Of a stretch of DNA of 64,000 nucleotides, positions 15,019 to 28,745 are shown piece by piece; positions within the stretch are counted from its first letter, which is position 1; the number at the start of each line of letters is the position of its first letter. The notes beneath the pieces were generated by a model. It had not been told where the DNA came from and did not search any database. It saw nothing but the letters and a program-made list of their open reading frames with translations. A program made the translations under genes and the position numbers. Location of the stretch: NCBI GenBank assembly GCA_021613535.1, contig CP075492.1, positions 8,432,001 to 8,496,000 of the forward strand. Reading direction: 5' to 3'. Source of the DNA: Adineta vaga. Its lineage: Eukaryota; Animalia; Rotifera.

Positions 15019-15858
15019 TGCTATTATTGTGTTCGACTATGTTCACCGGATAGGAATTTGAAATCAAACTAATGATCGATAAATTCTATTCTCCTATTTA
15101 ATATTTTTCAATGCAGACCAATCAAGAGAAAAGATAAATGATATTCGTTTTTCTAACCAATAGAGAAAAGACAAAAAGAGAGAAAGAAAGAAAGAAAGAA
15201 AAATTGTCGGTATGAATGATGATGCTTGTGGAACAAGTTGAAAGAAGAGACCATTTGTTTTGCTTTTCGCAGATGTTACATGTATCGATATCTTTTTCCG
15301 ACTATCTTCTTTTCTCTCTTTGACAAAGCAGTCTTGAAGGTGTGTATGTGACATCGTATCCGTTGGCTGTTATTACCACTTTCTATTAACACGCTGAGCA
15401 ACAAAATGTGATAAAGAGTTATGCCCGTGATTAGTGAGCATCATTGTTAATATAGTGATAAGTATACTATGAGCAGACAATTGATATTATTGTTTGAAAG
15501 ATAGAGTCATTATGATGCATAAATTAGAACTTAATTTTAGGTTAATATGTTTGGGTAAGGTAGAGAAAAAAAAGATAACAAATTTAAGTTTATTTCACAT
15601 AAGTTTGTTGCGGTTGAGGAACTAATCAAATGTCAAAGTAATTGGCAATCATCTCAATTTTGTATGCCGGCATTTTTGAATAGTTTAGTTCCTTTAGAAG
15701 CGTATCAAAATTGTTTAATGTTCAAAAAAACAAAAATAGAACTAATCTCTTTTTGCCGCATTCACATATCGTTCGCGAAATTATGAAGTCGTTAAATGTC
15801 ATTCAGTTAAAACGCAAATACTATGTTTTATTAAAATAAAATTACTTGACGCAACAAA

Positions 15859-17072
15859 TTATACAAAACCATAATAGATAATAAATCTCAATCTTAAAAT
15901 AATATTCAACCATTCTCGGTATATTTTACTCCACCAACTACGATATTTCGGTCGATTTTGACCATTAAATCTATACCATAAATCTTTTTCCCATGTTTGA
16001 TTAAACCATTTTAATGCATGATCATTTGCTGACGATCGTGACATATGGTGTGAAATCAAATAATTTTCACGTTCATGTGTACGAGTGACACTAATACTAC
16101 GACAACATGTAGGAACAACAAAACGAGAAATATTTCGTTTTGATGCATAACCATTTAACCAAATATCATCAACTCGACGAATATCAGCGGGCGCTTGATT
16201 AAAATCAAGATAAATGTGAGAATCAAAAAATGATGGACGAATTAAATAAGCATTATTGGCAGTAACGACACCGACACGATACATATCGGAAAGTCTTGCA
16301 GATTCAATGATATGATAGAATATTTCTTCTTGACCACCTACACCCCAATAAAGATCTTCACGAACTATAAATAAACAAAAATTATAGTTTTATTGATAAA
16401 TTTCGTCTATATTCATTGATCAAAAGTAAAAATCTTACTTCTCCATCCTCTCAATCCAATAATACTATTCTTATATTGAGTTGAATATTGAATCAACGTA
16501 GATATCGTATGTGGATGATAGTAATGATCATCATCACAAATCATAATTGGTTGTGACTGTGGTATATTTATTGATAGCAAATGAAATTCTTTAATAACAG
16601 GTAGAAATTTCGTTGCTGGACCATAATCTTCTTCTTCCATTCGTAATTGTACTAGTTTATCAAATAGTTTACCAATTACACTGGATCTATCAATCTGTTT
16701 TATATATTTTTTTAAATAATCTAACGTTAGATTTGTTTGTTTTATAACATTCGTTGTAGGTGAGAGATAAATACGAATTTCTTTTGGCAAAATCGTTTGT
16801 GTTAATAATGAATGAATTGTAATAGGTAGTTCATATGGAAAACGTTTCGGAGTAGTTGTTAACGATATAATTACATCTGATGGATTGTAACAACAATAAT
16901 TGAAATGAAAAATTAATATGGCATAAAAAAAGAAAAGAAATAACGATAAAAATAGTAGTAAAATAATTACTATGGCAATTGAACGACATGCAGAATATTG
17001 ACGAAATATCTTTATGAATGATCGACGACGTACGCTTCGAAAATATCTGACTAGAATTATCGTGAAAGACAT
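15859..17072 (-). CDS. Type II membrane GT-A-fold glycosyltransferase-like protein (2 exons)
   Basis: N-terminal TM segment; IISLTTTPKR, DYGPATKFLP, ICDDDHYY (DxD) and RVDDIWLNG motifs; one intron at ~16366-16439 joins the two ORFs in frame. Confidence 0.75.
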
Positions 17073-17733
17073 GCTTTTCTGTCGATTTTAATCAGATATC
17101 GAACGATGGAACTTTGAATAAAAGCTGGTTTTGTACAATGATATACGATATGTAAACGAATCTAATTTTCCTCCATGTATCGTATAACAGTATGTCGTAA
17201 AATTGTGTTTTGATGATAAAAACGTCGACCGTGTAATGAAATGACACACATGTGTAGAACGCAAGAGTATGGGAACAGAATGAGTAAAACGCAATATCTA
17301 CCTTATGTTCTTTATATAATAAACGTACTGATGTATTCTATTTACTGATTATACAAGTGTTGAATGTAAAATTTATATTGCCAGATTAATTTTATCTCAA
17401 TATTCATATTGAAACCATCAGAACCCGAAAGGAAATAGGTACGGTTTTTTAATGTTAATAAGAACCGGAGAAATAACACGAAGTTCCCGTATATTGCGTG
17501 TTGCAAATATAATCTTTTCCCTCATGAAACGCATATATTGAATTTAGTACGTTATGGAATAAGATACGATTTAAAAATTTGCGTTTTCTCTCGCTTTATA
17601 GCTATGTAGTATAGATTGATCAATGATTTATAATTTGATAATAAATAACTTTATTAAAACAAGAGAACGAAAAAAATCTTTAAATGTATATATAAATCAG
17701 TAACTTCTATATTTGTACAATAAGTCACAAATG

Positions 17734-19482
17734 TTACACTACTTCAAAATCATCTTCGGAGTCCAATGTGACAACTAGAAGAAAAATAAAATTAAGAAAT
17801 GAATTAGAAAAATTTATTCTCTTCGAATAGATTTACCATCATGATGTTCAGCGGTTTTATTATGCATATCAAACGGATTTGCTTCACATATTTCAAACAT
17901 AGGTTTCGGTGGAAGATTCTACATAATCAAATATTTTTCAAATGATAAATTCCATTTGTATATTACCTGTTTTAATTTAGTAATTAAATCATCAAATTCA
18001 ACTTCAGTTTTACATGCAAATGCCTATGAAAAGATGAAGACGCACATTAAATATATCTAAAGTCATGACAAAGATAACAAGATCACTTACTAATGCAAGT
18101 GATGGATCAAGACTAGAGAATTTCATTCGATTCACTCTGTCACAATGATATGATGTATCGTCTGTTGTCGTAGTTGTATCAACATGTGATTGAGTAACAT
18201 GTGGATCAAGATATAGAAGTTCATCAGTTTCTAAATATAATACAAAGAATTTATTAGAATATCAAGAATTAGTTTTCTTACCTAAATAACCAATAAAATA
18301 ATGAGCATGATTGGGTTTTCCTCCGATACAACCAAGTGTTTGAGGTAGTCGAAAACATAACTAAAATGTTATTAGAAAAAAAGCTAAGTTTAATGAAATA
18401 TCGAGTGAATTACCTTCAATTGATCAATATATTCTGTATTGACATCACTCAAACCTAATCTCAATGGAATAATAATTACTAATGGTTTCCAACCATTTTG
18501 GTTATCATTCGATTTCTTTGTTGATTTACGAACTTTTGAATTAATTTGACATAATTTTCCTAGCCAATTAAAAAACAATATTATCAAATCAAGAAATCAT
18601 CTTGTATAACATACGGATTTCATCAAGTACTAATGTATTATCCATGGCAACATGTACATTAATTTGTTTATCAAATTCATTTGTTGCAATACGTCTAAAT
18701 CAATTCAATTGTTTCGTTATTCAAATCTTTTCATTTATTCATTACTTTAGTACTTGAGCGATTGTATTTGGACCAAACCATTGTCCAATTTCTTTTCCTT
18801 CTGAGTGTCCCATTTGTACTGGAATAAATTCAATATGATATTTTAGAGAAAAGAAATCTTTTTCAAATCAACAAACCAATCTGATGAATTGAATATGATG
18901 AATGACGTTTGTCAATAAACATATTTAAGATTTCCCAATATATTGCATCAGTAAGATTTGGTCGCCAGCGAAAATCTAATTTCAAAAATAGTAAGAAGAA
19001 TTGTTCTTTTTTTCCTGTTTTACGTACATCTTCCTGCGAGTGAAAAAAATCTGAGATAACCTTCAGCTAACATCATTTGTCCGCAGCGCATCATACAACC
19101 CCATCCTGTATCTTTTGTTGGACCTGATGGACCACCTAAGAAAAGAACATATCATTAACAAACGAAATTTTTGAAATCTTACCTATCGGTGCAAACCCTG
19201 TTCGATATGTAAACCAGAATCTACTGACAAAATCATCAAGAATTGCATAGGTATCTATGAAAATTGAATAAATAATTTCAAGATAAATTTCGATGTTTTT
19301 TTTACCATTCGGTGTTCTATATTTGATTCCAAGGATATATAATTCAGTATCTGTATCAGCTAGAGTATCACTCTCAGAATTGTTTCCTTCAAACATTGAA
19401 GCGGCTAAACTTAAAGCTAAAAGAATATGATTCAATCGATCAATTAATTAGTTAAAAATCTCGTCTCACCCGCACTATTCAT
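17734..19482 (-). CDS. ATG4: Autophagy cysteine protease ATG4 (peptidase C54)
   Basis: SRFWFTYRTGF, catalytic DTGWGCMMRCGQMM, IIIPLRLG, YLDPH, C-terminal LIR-like EDDFEVV. Confidence 0.95.
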
Positions 19483-20352
19483 TGTTTGAAGCTGTTTGTT
19501 CCAATAAACATCGAATAAACAAAATAACACAAATAGATAAAGTCAAGTGTAAGATGAAATGTTATAGTATAGTACGTATATCAATATCAGAATCAGCCGG
19601 TATATTTGAATGAAAAGATGATTGGATCACTTAGTGAAGCAGTTAAAATTTTCATTAAATTCAAACATTCTTATAAAAGATCAAAATTAAAAGAAAGTTA
19701 AAGATACGAAAATGAGATTTAAATATCTTGTTTTATAACAATTGTAATAGAGGTCGCCACTGTAAGTGTTAGAATTCCAAGGAGTTCAGTTTGAGATATT
19801 TCTGCATTGATTAACAAGAAAAAACGATTGTATTTTATCTATTCAAGTGAATATGAGTTATGTAGAGAATTTCTTTCAATTCCATTCTTGAAACATATTT
19901 TCTTAGTTAAACATAAAGAATGAACATAACTATAAATGTATCAGCTCAATTGCTCCCATAATAGTACAAAGTATTCATGTGCATCCAATTCTCATCGTTA
20001 TTCTACTTCTTCTTCTTTTCAGATGTTGCGACATATCACTGATTTCTTATACAACGATGCACCATTTGTCCTTTATTATCATTATTATTATTATTATTAT
20101 TATTGGTGATAAAATATAATTCTTTCCTTTCCTGACACTATTAACAAGATGATTTGTATTCTTGTAAACGTTCAAAACAGAAATGAACAAATGCAATTTG
20201 TTTGTATTTTAAAATCTATGCAAACTTCATTCTCCTAGTTTATTGTAATCTTTAATATAAAACAAACGCATATAATAATCATAATCGCGATTTTTATTCA
20301 TAAAATGTCTGACTAGTACATACGTATAAAAGAAGACATGGCCATGATTGAT

Positions 20353-21330
20353 TTATGCTAAAATAAAAATCGTTTCGCCATTATCATCTTCTCCGATAAT
20401 TTTTGGATATTCTTGATCTATTGCAAATCGAATGGAATCTGTTGTTGAAATTGTCGAAGGTGTTTGTTCATATTGATCAATAGTAAAAATGGATTGATTT
20501 GAAGAAAATTCTTTTCGTTGTTTTTCATTCTTATGTTGAAATAAATACCATAATAACGATAAAATTAAAATCGAAACAAGAATTATCAATACAACTAAGA
20601 TTAATACCAATTGATTGAAACGATTAGATCTAACGGAATCAGAATATAAACAACGTTGAGAATCCAATGTACAATCTCGAGTTATATCAATACAAAATTG
20701 TTTATTTTCATAGAGCTTTAGTGGCATTGTACCTGTTCGACATTGACATGTTCTATCATGACAAATTGATGTACGTCGATTACATGAAAAACATTCACTT
20801 GATATTGGAGATTCATATTCAATACGAAATGAAAATATTTCATTAGATTTTAAACGATATATTGTTGAATTCCATTGAAATGAACAATTTGATAATATCA
20901 GATAATGTTCACCTATGTAAAGTAATGGTACATTAGTCATAGATGAAATTGATTTGATGTTTAAATGAGTTCGTGTTGATTCATAGTTTTTTTTTGAGGA
21001 AAAATTCGTTATTGTTGAAGAACATTGTGTAAATGGAAGATAAGATTTAAACGAGAGATTTTTTGGTAATGAACATTGAAGAAAAAATGGAATTAAAGCA
21101 AGTGATTGAGATGAATAAGTATAGATATGACCAAATTGAGAAGATTCATTATATGATAAAGAATAAATAGCTTGAATGTGTAATGTTCGAGAATCATTTG
21201 ATGACCAAAGAACATTTAAATATTCTTTATAAAGATTCAAAGAATATGTACAATTTTCGAGATCAATAATATTCGATGCTTGACAAATAATTAGACCAAT
21301 AATAAGTAGAGATATTTGTATATAAATCAT
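20353..21330 (-). CDS. Uncharacterised type I membrane protein with juxtamembrane EGF/EB-like Cys module
   Basis: Single long ORF: signal peptide, CFSC..C..CQC..C..C..C module, 24-aa TM segment, short acidic tail. Confidence 0.7.
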   Translation of the reverse strand: MIYIQISLLIIGLIICQASNIIDLENCTYSLNLYKEYLNVLWSSNDSRTLHIQAIYSLSYNESSQFGHIYTYSSQSLALIPFFLQCSLPKNLSFKSYLPFTQCSSTITNFSSKKNYESTRTHLNIKSISSMTNVPLLYIGEHYLILSNCSFQWNSTIYRLKSNEIFSFRIEYESPISSECFSCNRRTSICHDRTCQCRTGTMPLKLYENKQFCIDITRDCTLDSQRCLYSDSVRSNRFNQLVLILVVLIILVSILILSLLWYLFQHKNEKQRKEFSSNQSIFTIDQYEQTPSTISTTDSIRFAIDQEYPKIIGEDDNGETIFILA

Positions 21331-24300
21331 CACTATCTAAAAAAAAATAAAAAAAAAAGACTAGTTCTCTTCGATGCTAATAAAGTCAATTATGCATATG
21401 AATACATGTTTAGAACATAGAAAAGAATTCTATCGAGTAATAATATAGTGAGAAAAAAATGTATCCGAATAATATTATTGTTTCATTTCCATGGTTTGTC
21501 AATCACTTGAATAATTCTGAAAAGAAATTTCTTAGCTATACATACTTGGATTGAACACTACAATAACATCTATCTTACACAGCGTGTGTACATTGAAGAA
21601 AATGAAACGTTCGTATGTGTCTATGTTTAATCTATTTCTTGCTTCATGATCATGTACATATGGCACCAGGAATAGAAGAAGGAAAAGAAAATTTTTCAAT
21701 TACTTTTCTTCTCTCTCGCTCTCTTTTCGTCTTCTTGTATGTTGATCAAACAAATGAGTCAGTTCATATTTATGCATACGAATCTAAGGAACAAAATAGA
21801 TTCAACAATCGATGTAATTCAAGTAGGTGATGACAAGTAAAATGAAATATACGATGGGAGGTAAATTGATCAATTGTGAAGTGAACTATATAAAAGTAAT
21901 CAAGAAAAAAATAAAATGAGATTAAATGACAGAACGAAGAGAGGAAGAGAAAGAGAGAGAGAGACGTGAAGGTGAGTAATTGAAGTGTTAGTGCTCTTGT
22001 CGACAATTCAATGATCGAGAATTGCTGGGCATCATCTGTTTTATGAAGAGCAGATCACAATATCATTATTTAGTATTTATCTAATATTTTAAAGTATTCG
22101 AATGGACACTCCGAGAAATTGATCGAGAGAGAGAGAAAAAAAAAGAAAGAATGAAATAAAAAGTTTATTAAATGAATTAATGAAAAGGAAAAAATTCGAA
22201 TGAATCGAAAGTTTTTCTTTTTTTCATCGAAGAATATCAATGAATCTTTGAACAATCAAGATCGTGATGTGCTTCATTGCACACGTCTGTTTCAAAGTTG
22301 AAAAGAATTAATATTCCTCATAATGTTTTTTTGAAGACAAAAAATTGAACAAAGTATGTCTAGAGTATAAATTCATCGATGCATATAATATGAATTGGAT
22401 TTTGATAGTTAAAAAAGAATAACTTTCTCGTTGATTGATTCATATGAATTATTAATTAGAAATATTTCATCGTTGTTAATGAAAAGCTTGGAAGACATGT
22501 CACAAGCTCACAGATAATCAACTGACAAATGACACAAGTCTCACTTTTTTCTTCTATTCTCTCAATGAGCACTTAACAATGAGATTGATTAACTAATCTC
22601 TTTTGTTAGAATAGTGTTCCTTTTTGACAATTGACAAAAAGTGCTAATGTGATTTTTACGATGTGAGCAAAGACATATGTATAGGTGTGTGTGTGTGTAT
22701 GCAGAGTCTTAATTATAAGGAAGATGAATTTCTCTCATAACCTTTTTTTTAGATTAAACTATTCGCAATTATAATGTTTGAAAAGGAGAGAAAATTCTGT
22801 CACGGGTATTGACATACTTATATCTATTGAAAAACACAATACAAATGATGAACTAGATTAATTATTCTCGTATTTATTGTCAAAGACGCTGTAAATATTT
22901 TGTAAGATATTATTACTATTCGTTGTGGAAAGTTGATAGATTATTTTATTACTTTTCAACATATGACGAAATAACGTAATGTTTAACAAATTTAATTCTT
23001 TCCAATTGTAATGTAAATTATGCAGTGTGGAATTATTTTATAATCAAAGTGAGAATAGTTAATAACGATGTGATAGATCTACTATCATTTGATTATATAA
23101 CACTCAAAATGAATGATATTCACTCATATGTTTAAAATATTTCAAGTAATATATTTCTTCAGTTTGTTCATAGTAATACAGAAGTGGCATCGATTTGAAT
23201 ATTTTGTAAAAGCAATCAGTCATACGAGAGTTATTTAAATATAAATATAAAGTTACGAAATACCTTGATGATATGGATAACAAATGGATCTATTTAATTC
23301 ATCTAGAGCTAGCGATACCAGCTGCAGTAACTTATGATGTTGGTTCGAGAAATTACAATTATTAACTTGCAAAATTGAATATGATATTGACACAAATATT
23401 GATGATGAGAAGAAGCGCAGCTAAGAGTCGGATTTATCAAATGATGTGTTAGATGATAAATTATTGATACAAGTAAAGGCATTAATATCAGTTCCAACTA
23501 TTTCAATAATTAGACTCTTCGAATTTTACGTTAGCTAGTTCAGTACATTAAAGAGAAGAAAGCATTCAGATAATGTCCTTCGGATTTTCTTTCCAAATTT
23601 TCTTCGAAGATCGAGTACGTGTAAGTATGAATGTAGATGCAGGAACACATTTGAGTATAATATTCACGTTCACACTCGTTCCGTAGATATTTTCAAAATA
23701 TGAAACGAACTATAATGTTTAATATGGGTAAGATTTTTCTACAATTAAAATTCTCGTTCAAACGACGTTATCCAATCATGATAGACTTTCATTGAAGTTT
23801 TATTGTAATTGACCAGCAAATCCTTGTTTCTCTATATCTTTCAAATCTTAATAGACTTTATTACAAGTCCATCAATTGTAAAAGATTCTTTCGCTTCTCT
23901 TACATTTAGCTTGATCTCCTGCAGATCAGACCATGACTAGACAAAAGTGGCCTGTTGGCAGCTCTGATTTTGATTCTTCTTGCGATACTAGTTGAATGAT
24001 CAAAGCTAAGTAGATGAATGACGGATTTATCAATGAAAAGATTTACGTTGCTTATTTATTTTCTTTTTTTAAATGTTTTAGAAAAAGAAGTTTGAATATA
24101 TAAATTAATTGAAAGTAACAATGCAGACCAACAACAATTTTCGCTTGCATTAAATTAATCTCTAGTTCTTCTTTTGTTCACAACTATATCTAATCTCTCA
24201 TCGTTATATAATATTCCTTTTTTGTATTTTTCTTTTGTTTTATGTTAAGTCTATCATGTCTTATTCGTATCAACTGGTTTAGGAAATAAACTGGACAACG

Positions 24301-24743
24301 TGAAAAGTTCTTTTTTATCAATAAGCATATTAAGATCAGAAGAATATACTATTCATTCGAGATTAAACATGTCGCAGTTTTACGGGAAGTGCATAAATAT
24401 TCATGTTATACTTAACAACAGTTCAAAGAAGATCAAAATTTATTGATGAAGCAGATCATTTGTGACTTCGCTCGTTAATATAAAGTTCAACCGAATAGCG
24501 TAACTGACAGCATTTCACCTCTATTCAATGGTTAACATCGACAGTCTCTATGTATTTTGTATTTAACAGTGATTCATGATACATCAACAGATACAGTTGA
24601 TCTATCTGATAAGTTTATTTTTCATTCATATTTCAATAAATTTACGTGTAATTAGTATAACTTTTGATTCTTTTTTAACTACAATACGACTAATATAAAA
24701 AAGAAAAGAAAACAATTTTATGAAACACAGTATGATATTCGGC

Positions 24744-25469
24744 TTAAAACTCGTTTGGAATTATTTCATCTGAAGTAGTGAATAGATAAGTATTGGAAGA
24801 TTGAACTTTAGCTCGTCGTCGAAGTAGAATTCGATTTGATACCTTCTTGTACATTTTGGTTGATAAGCTTATATCTTCATCTGTAGTCTTATATTTCAAC
24901 TGATCAGTATCGATATCATGTAATAAAGATTCTCTCTTAGCATTTCCATATCCAGTAGCAATCAATGTAGAACATGTCATTAGTTTGATTATTATCGGAG
25001 TCATAGTTTTATTCTGAGACTGAATATTATCGTTTGATGGTATAGTCTCTTGTGGTTCTGTTTGAACGTATGTTTGATATTTTTGAATATTACGTAAGCA
25101 TTTTTGTTGTACATTATAGAAATTTATTGATCGATTAAATCGTTTTTCATTAATAATTAATATATTTGGGTTCGAACGTAAAACTGAGAATCCATAATTT
25201 TCAAATGTATTTTTATCGATATATAATTGATTTTTATACCGAATACATTGACGATTGTATGTCGATAGTAATTGACGTTGATAATTGATTAGTTTCAGGC
25301 GAAAATCTTTTTGATAATCAAAATAATTTTTCAAACGATTTAATTCATTGATAGTTATTCGAGGTTCGAAATAATGCCGAAGATCTTTTATGCAATAAGG
25401 TATAGATGAGTAATCGAATGGTTTAGTCATTGAAAAATAGAATATATAATTTTTTGTATAAGTTGTCAT
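24744..25469 (-). CDS. Uncharacterised intronless protein, 241 aa
   Basis: A 726-nt ORF in very AT-rich DNA is unlikely by chance; no domain recognised. Confidence 0.55.
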   Translation of the reverse strand: MTTYTKNYIFYFSMTKPFDYSSIPYCIKDLRHYFEPRITINELNRLKNYFDYQKDFRLKLINYQRQLLSTYNRQCIRYKNQLYIDKNTFENYGFSVLRSNPNILIINEKRFNRSINFYNVQQKCLRNIQKYQTYVQTEPQETIPSNDNIQSQNKTMTPIIIKLMTCSTLIATGYGNAKRESLLHDIDTDQLKYKTTDEDISLSTKMYKKVSNRILLRRRAKVQSSNTYLFTTSDEIIPNEF

Positions 25470-25491
25470 AGTAATTGAGTAAATTTCATTT

Positions 25492-25907
25492 TTAAAAACA
25501 TTTTCTTATACATCTTTCTTCACCCATTATTGACCATCGACGACATAAACATCGACCTGAACAACATTGTTCATCATAAGAACAGATTGTTGCTGACAAT
25601 CGACATGATTCACCAGCAAAAAGTCCTCCATAACCTCGTTGAGATGCTTGAGTATAACGAAATACATCGGAATCATACGATGTTTGACGATTTATAAACC
25701 GATGAATACCACGTTTAAACGCTACTCGAACAATATCAGCAATACCAGTCGCTAGAAGAAGAAGAATAAGACACGAAGTTCAATGTAAGATTTACACTTA
25801 TTTATAATTATTTGAAACATACTGTATGTTCGTTGTCGAAGAGCATCACTTGATAAAAATAACACGCTCGTAAAAAGTATATAAAATATCATAAATGCTC
25901 GTTTCAT
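25492..25907 (-). CDS. Secreted cystine-knot (ICK/agatoxin-like) peptide precursor, 114 aa
   Basis: Exons 25907-25823 and 25751-25492 join in phase 1: signal peptide MKRAFMIFYILFTSVLFLSSDA, a KR site, and C-terminal CRLSATICSYDEQCCSGRCLCRRWSIMGEERCIRKCF. Confidence 0.8.
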
Positions 25908-28745
25908 TGTATTATAAAATGGAGAAATCTAATCTTTTCAATTAATGAACAAGTTGATTGTCAATAATTGTTGAATACAAATCAAATGTTTGTACGGTAT
26001 TATTCTACGTTACTCCTTTTTTTTCTCTTTTCTTGTTCACAGTGAAGGATCACTATCACAGTTGGTTATCTCTAATAGAGAGAAAGAAAAATAAATCATA
26101 AGTGCTAAAGAAACTAAAAGAAGATAAGAGAACTACCAAATCTACTATTCAAATATTAAACTCATCAATTCAAAATTAAATTTGAAATAAATATTTTATA
26201 TGATCATTAAAATTGAGAAAGAGAGAGAGAAAACTGAATTAAAATGTGTGACAATAAAAAAAAGCATCAATCGTTACTCTTACACTCCCTTCCATTTATA
26301 CTCCTCGTAGCCGAGAGAAGGTAAGCATTGGCATAGACGGTATAAAATCACTCAATGTTCTATTCAAATTCTACCGAATAGAAAGGAAGGGAGAGAGAGA
26401 GAGAAAAATACTTACATCGTGCATACAGGGTTTTTTTCTTTTTCTTTTCCTCGTAGCAACTATATGAAAAAAAAATTATTCTTACTGTCGACCTGTATGT
26501 ACATTAATATGAATGGCACAATGCATCATGATCGATATATGTCATTTTTTTTATTCTTTATAAACCAGGAGAGTAAATATGAGAATATGCAAATCGTCAA
26601 AAAATGACATTTTCATATGAAAAGAAGAAGAAGAAGAATTGAGGACAATGTCCAGAAAAATATAAATGAATTATTAAAATATAATATCTAAACCTATTTT
26701 CTTTTTTATTTTGACAGATGGTTTATCGTATGAATAAATTTAATCAAGAAAGTTTAACGTAAGCTATTTCATCATTTGTGTAAGCCGATTTGGTCTCTAT
26801 TCTATGAGGAACTTCAATAAAGCACAACGCTGAAATTTTGCGTATATTATAAATTTCAATGGGGCATCCGTTTATCGATAGAGTGATATCAGAGACAAGA
26901 CACCACATGTTGTCGACTATTAGAAAGTAATTCCGGCTCATTCTATCCTTATTGCAACCGATCATACTTGATAGAAAGAAGGGAAAAATTGACAATTATC
27001 AATCGAAGTATTCACAAGAGTACACTCGATAACATATCTATTTGACGATGTAAGAACCTTGGTTTTCTTTTATTGATTAGAATCGTTGGATTTGATTCTC
27101 GTATAAACAATAACAATACATAACTGTTTACTACTTAGATCATTATACATATGTATGCTTACATACAACAATTTAATGAATACTAAGAATTGACATATCA
27201 TCGTACATCAAATAAATAAGGTCATGTTGTTGTGATAGAAAAGAACTCTCTGTTGATATGTTATTGTATTAGTACTAACATAGTAGTTCTTATTTTTTTT
27301 TATCTTTATACAATTCTATTTAATATTTTGAAAAAGATTATTTCTGAATATGAAAATGTCAAAAAATAAAGATCAACAGATGGATATTCAGTGGTAATAG
27401 ATAATTTAAACAGAAATCAATTATCACTGTTGCATTCGAGCATATCTTCATTATAAACTTGTTGTTGCTGTTGTTGTTATTTTCTATTCCTCATTCCATT
27501 TGTTGACATTCTCTTCTTTAAATATCGATTCTTTTCTGTATCTCATCTTAATAATAATAATAATAAAGTCAAAGTCTATCTTATTATTAATCTCGTTTTA
27601 ATTAAGTTACGATAGTTTCAAATTAATTTTTGTATAAATAAAGAAAATGATAAGTTCGATTATGAGCCTAACGAATTTGTTTTTCGTCATCTGACAAATT
27701 TCTTTTCTGCTAATTGATATATGTTCGCTCCGCTACTTAACTGTGAAATATGAAAGAAAAACGAGTGTTGATATATCCTGTCGGTCTCTCGGTGAAAAAT
27801 AACCGAAGAAAAAAAGAAGACAATGTATGATGTACGTCAAAGATGATATCGAGTGATGATAGATGCAATAGAGACACGATCTCAATATATTTAAGCATCA
27901 AATCAAGAAAATACCCGAAGAATTTATTCGTTCGAAATAGGATATGAAGAGGCGTCTCTTTGTTAAAATGATTCTTGTTATTTTCAATATGTTGCCATAT
28001 AGACTATTTTTAAACATAAACATAACTATGTATTGCAATAATATACATATTCTGTGGATATTCCGATCTCTCTAATTGCTTTTTTTTTCTACATATGACA
28101 CTTATCTTTAGATATACTGATATTGACTCTCTCTCTCTCATCTTCTCTCAGGAGACAATGATAGCAACAATTCATTGTTATTATCGAGTAAACATCAATA
28201 TATTTGTTACGAGCAAAACAATTCTTTCTTTTTATGCGTTATTCAAGAAAATTAATAACCAATAGACATATTTTATTTTCATTATCTTATCAGAAATGGT
28301 TTGATCACTATCATCTAATAGCTGATGTACTGCACATGTATATACAATAAATGCCTTAAAGAAATCTATATGCTAAAAAGCTTTCCTTTTCAATCATTCC
28401 CTCTCTCTCTCTCTGCTTCTTGCTCTGTCTCTGTATGTCGCTTTGTTGTTCTAATATAGTCGAGAAGAGAAAGATGCAGTATGACAAAACAATATTCTTT
28501 CTTATTGCTATTCGGTTTAAGTTCTCATTGGCATTTTTTCTCTGCTTTTATTCTTCTTCTTCTTCTTCTTCTTTTTGGTTCTTTATTTGATCAACTATTT
28601 CTGGATAATAACTATTAGATTGATCTATATTATAATTTCTTAACAAAGATAGACCAAAAAAAAAGAAACTCCTGTAATGCTCATTTTAATCATTTATTAT
28701 CATTCCTGAATAGATTTGTAGACAGGTAAATTATTCTAGTTTATT

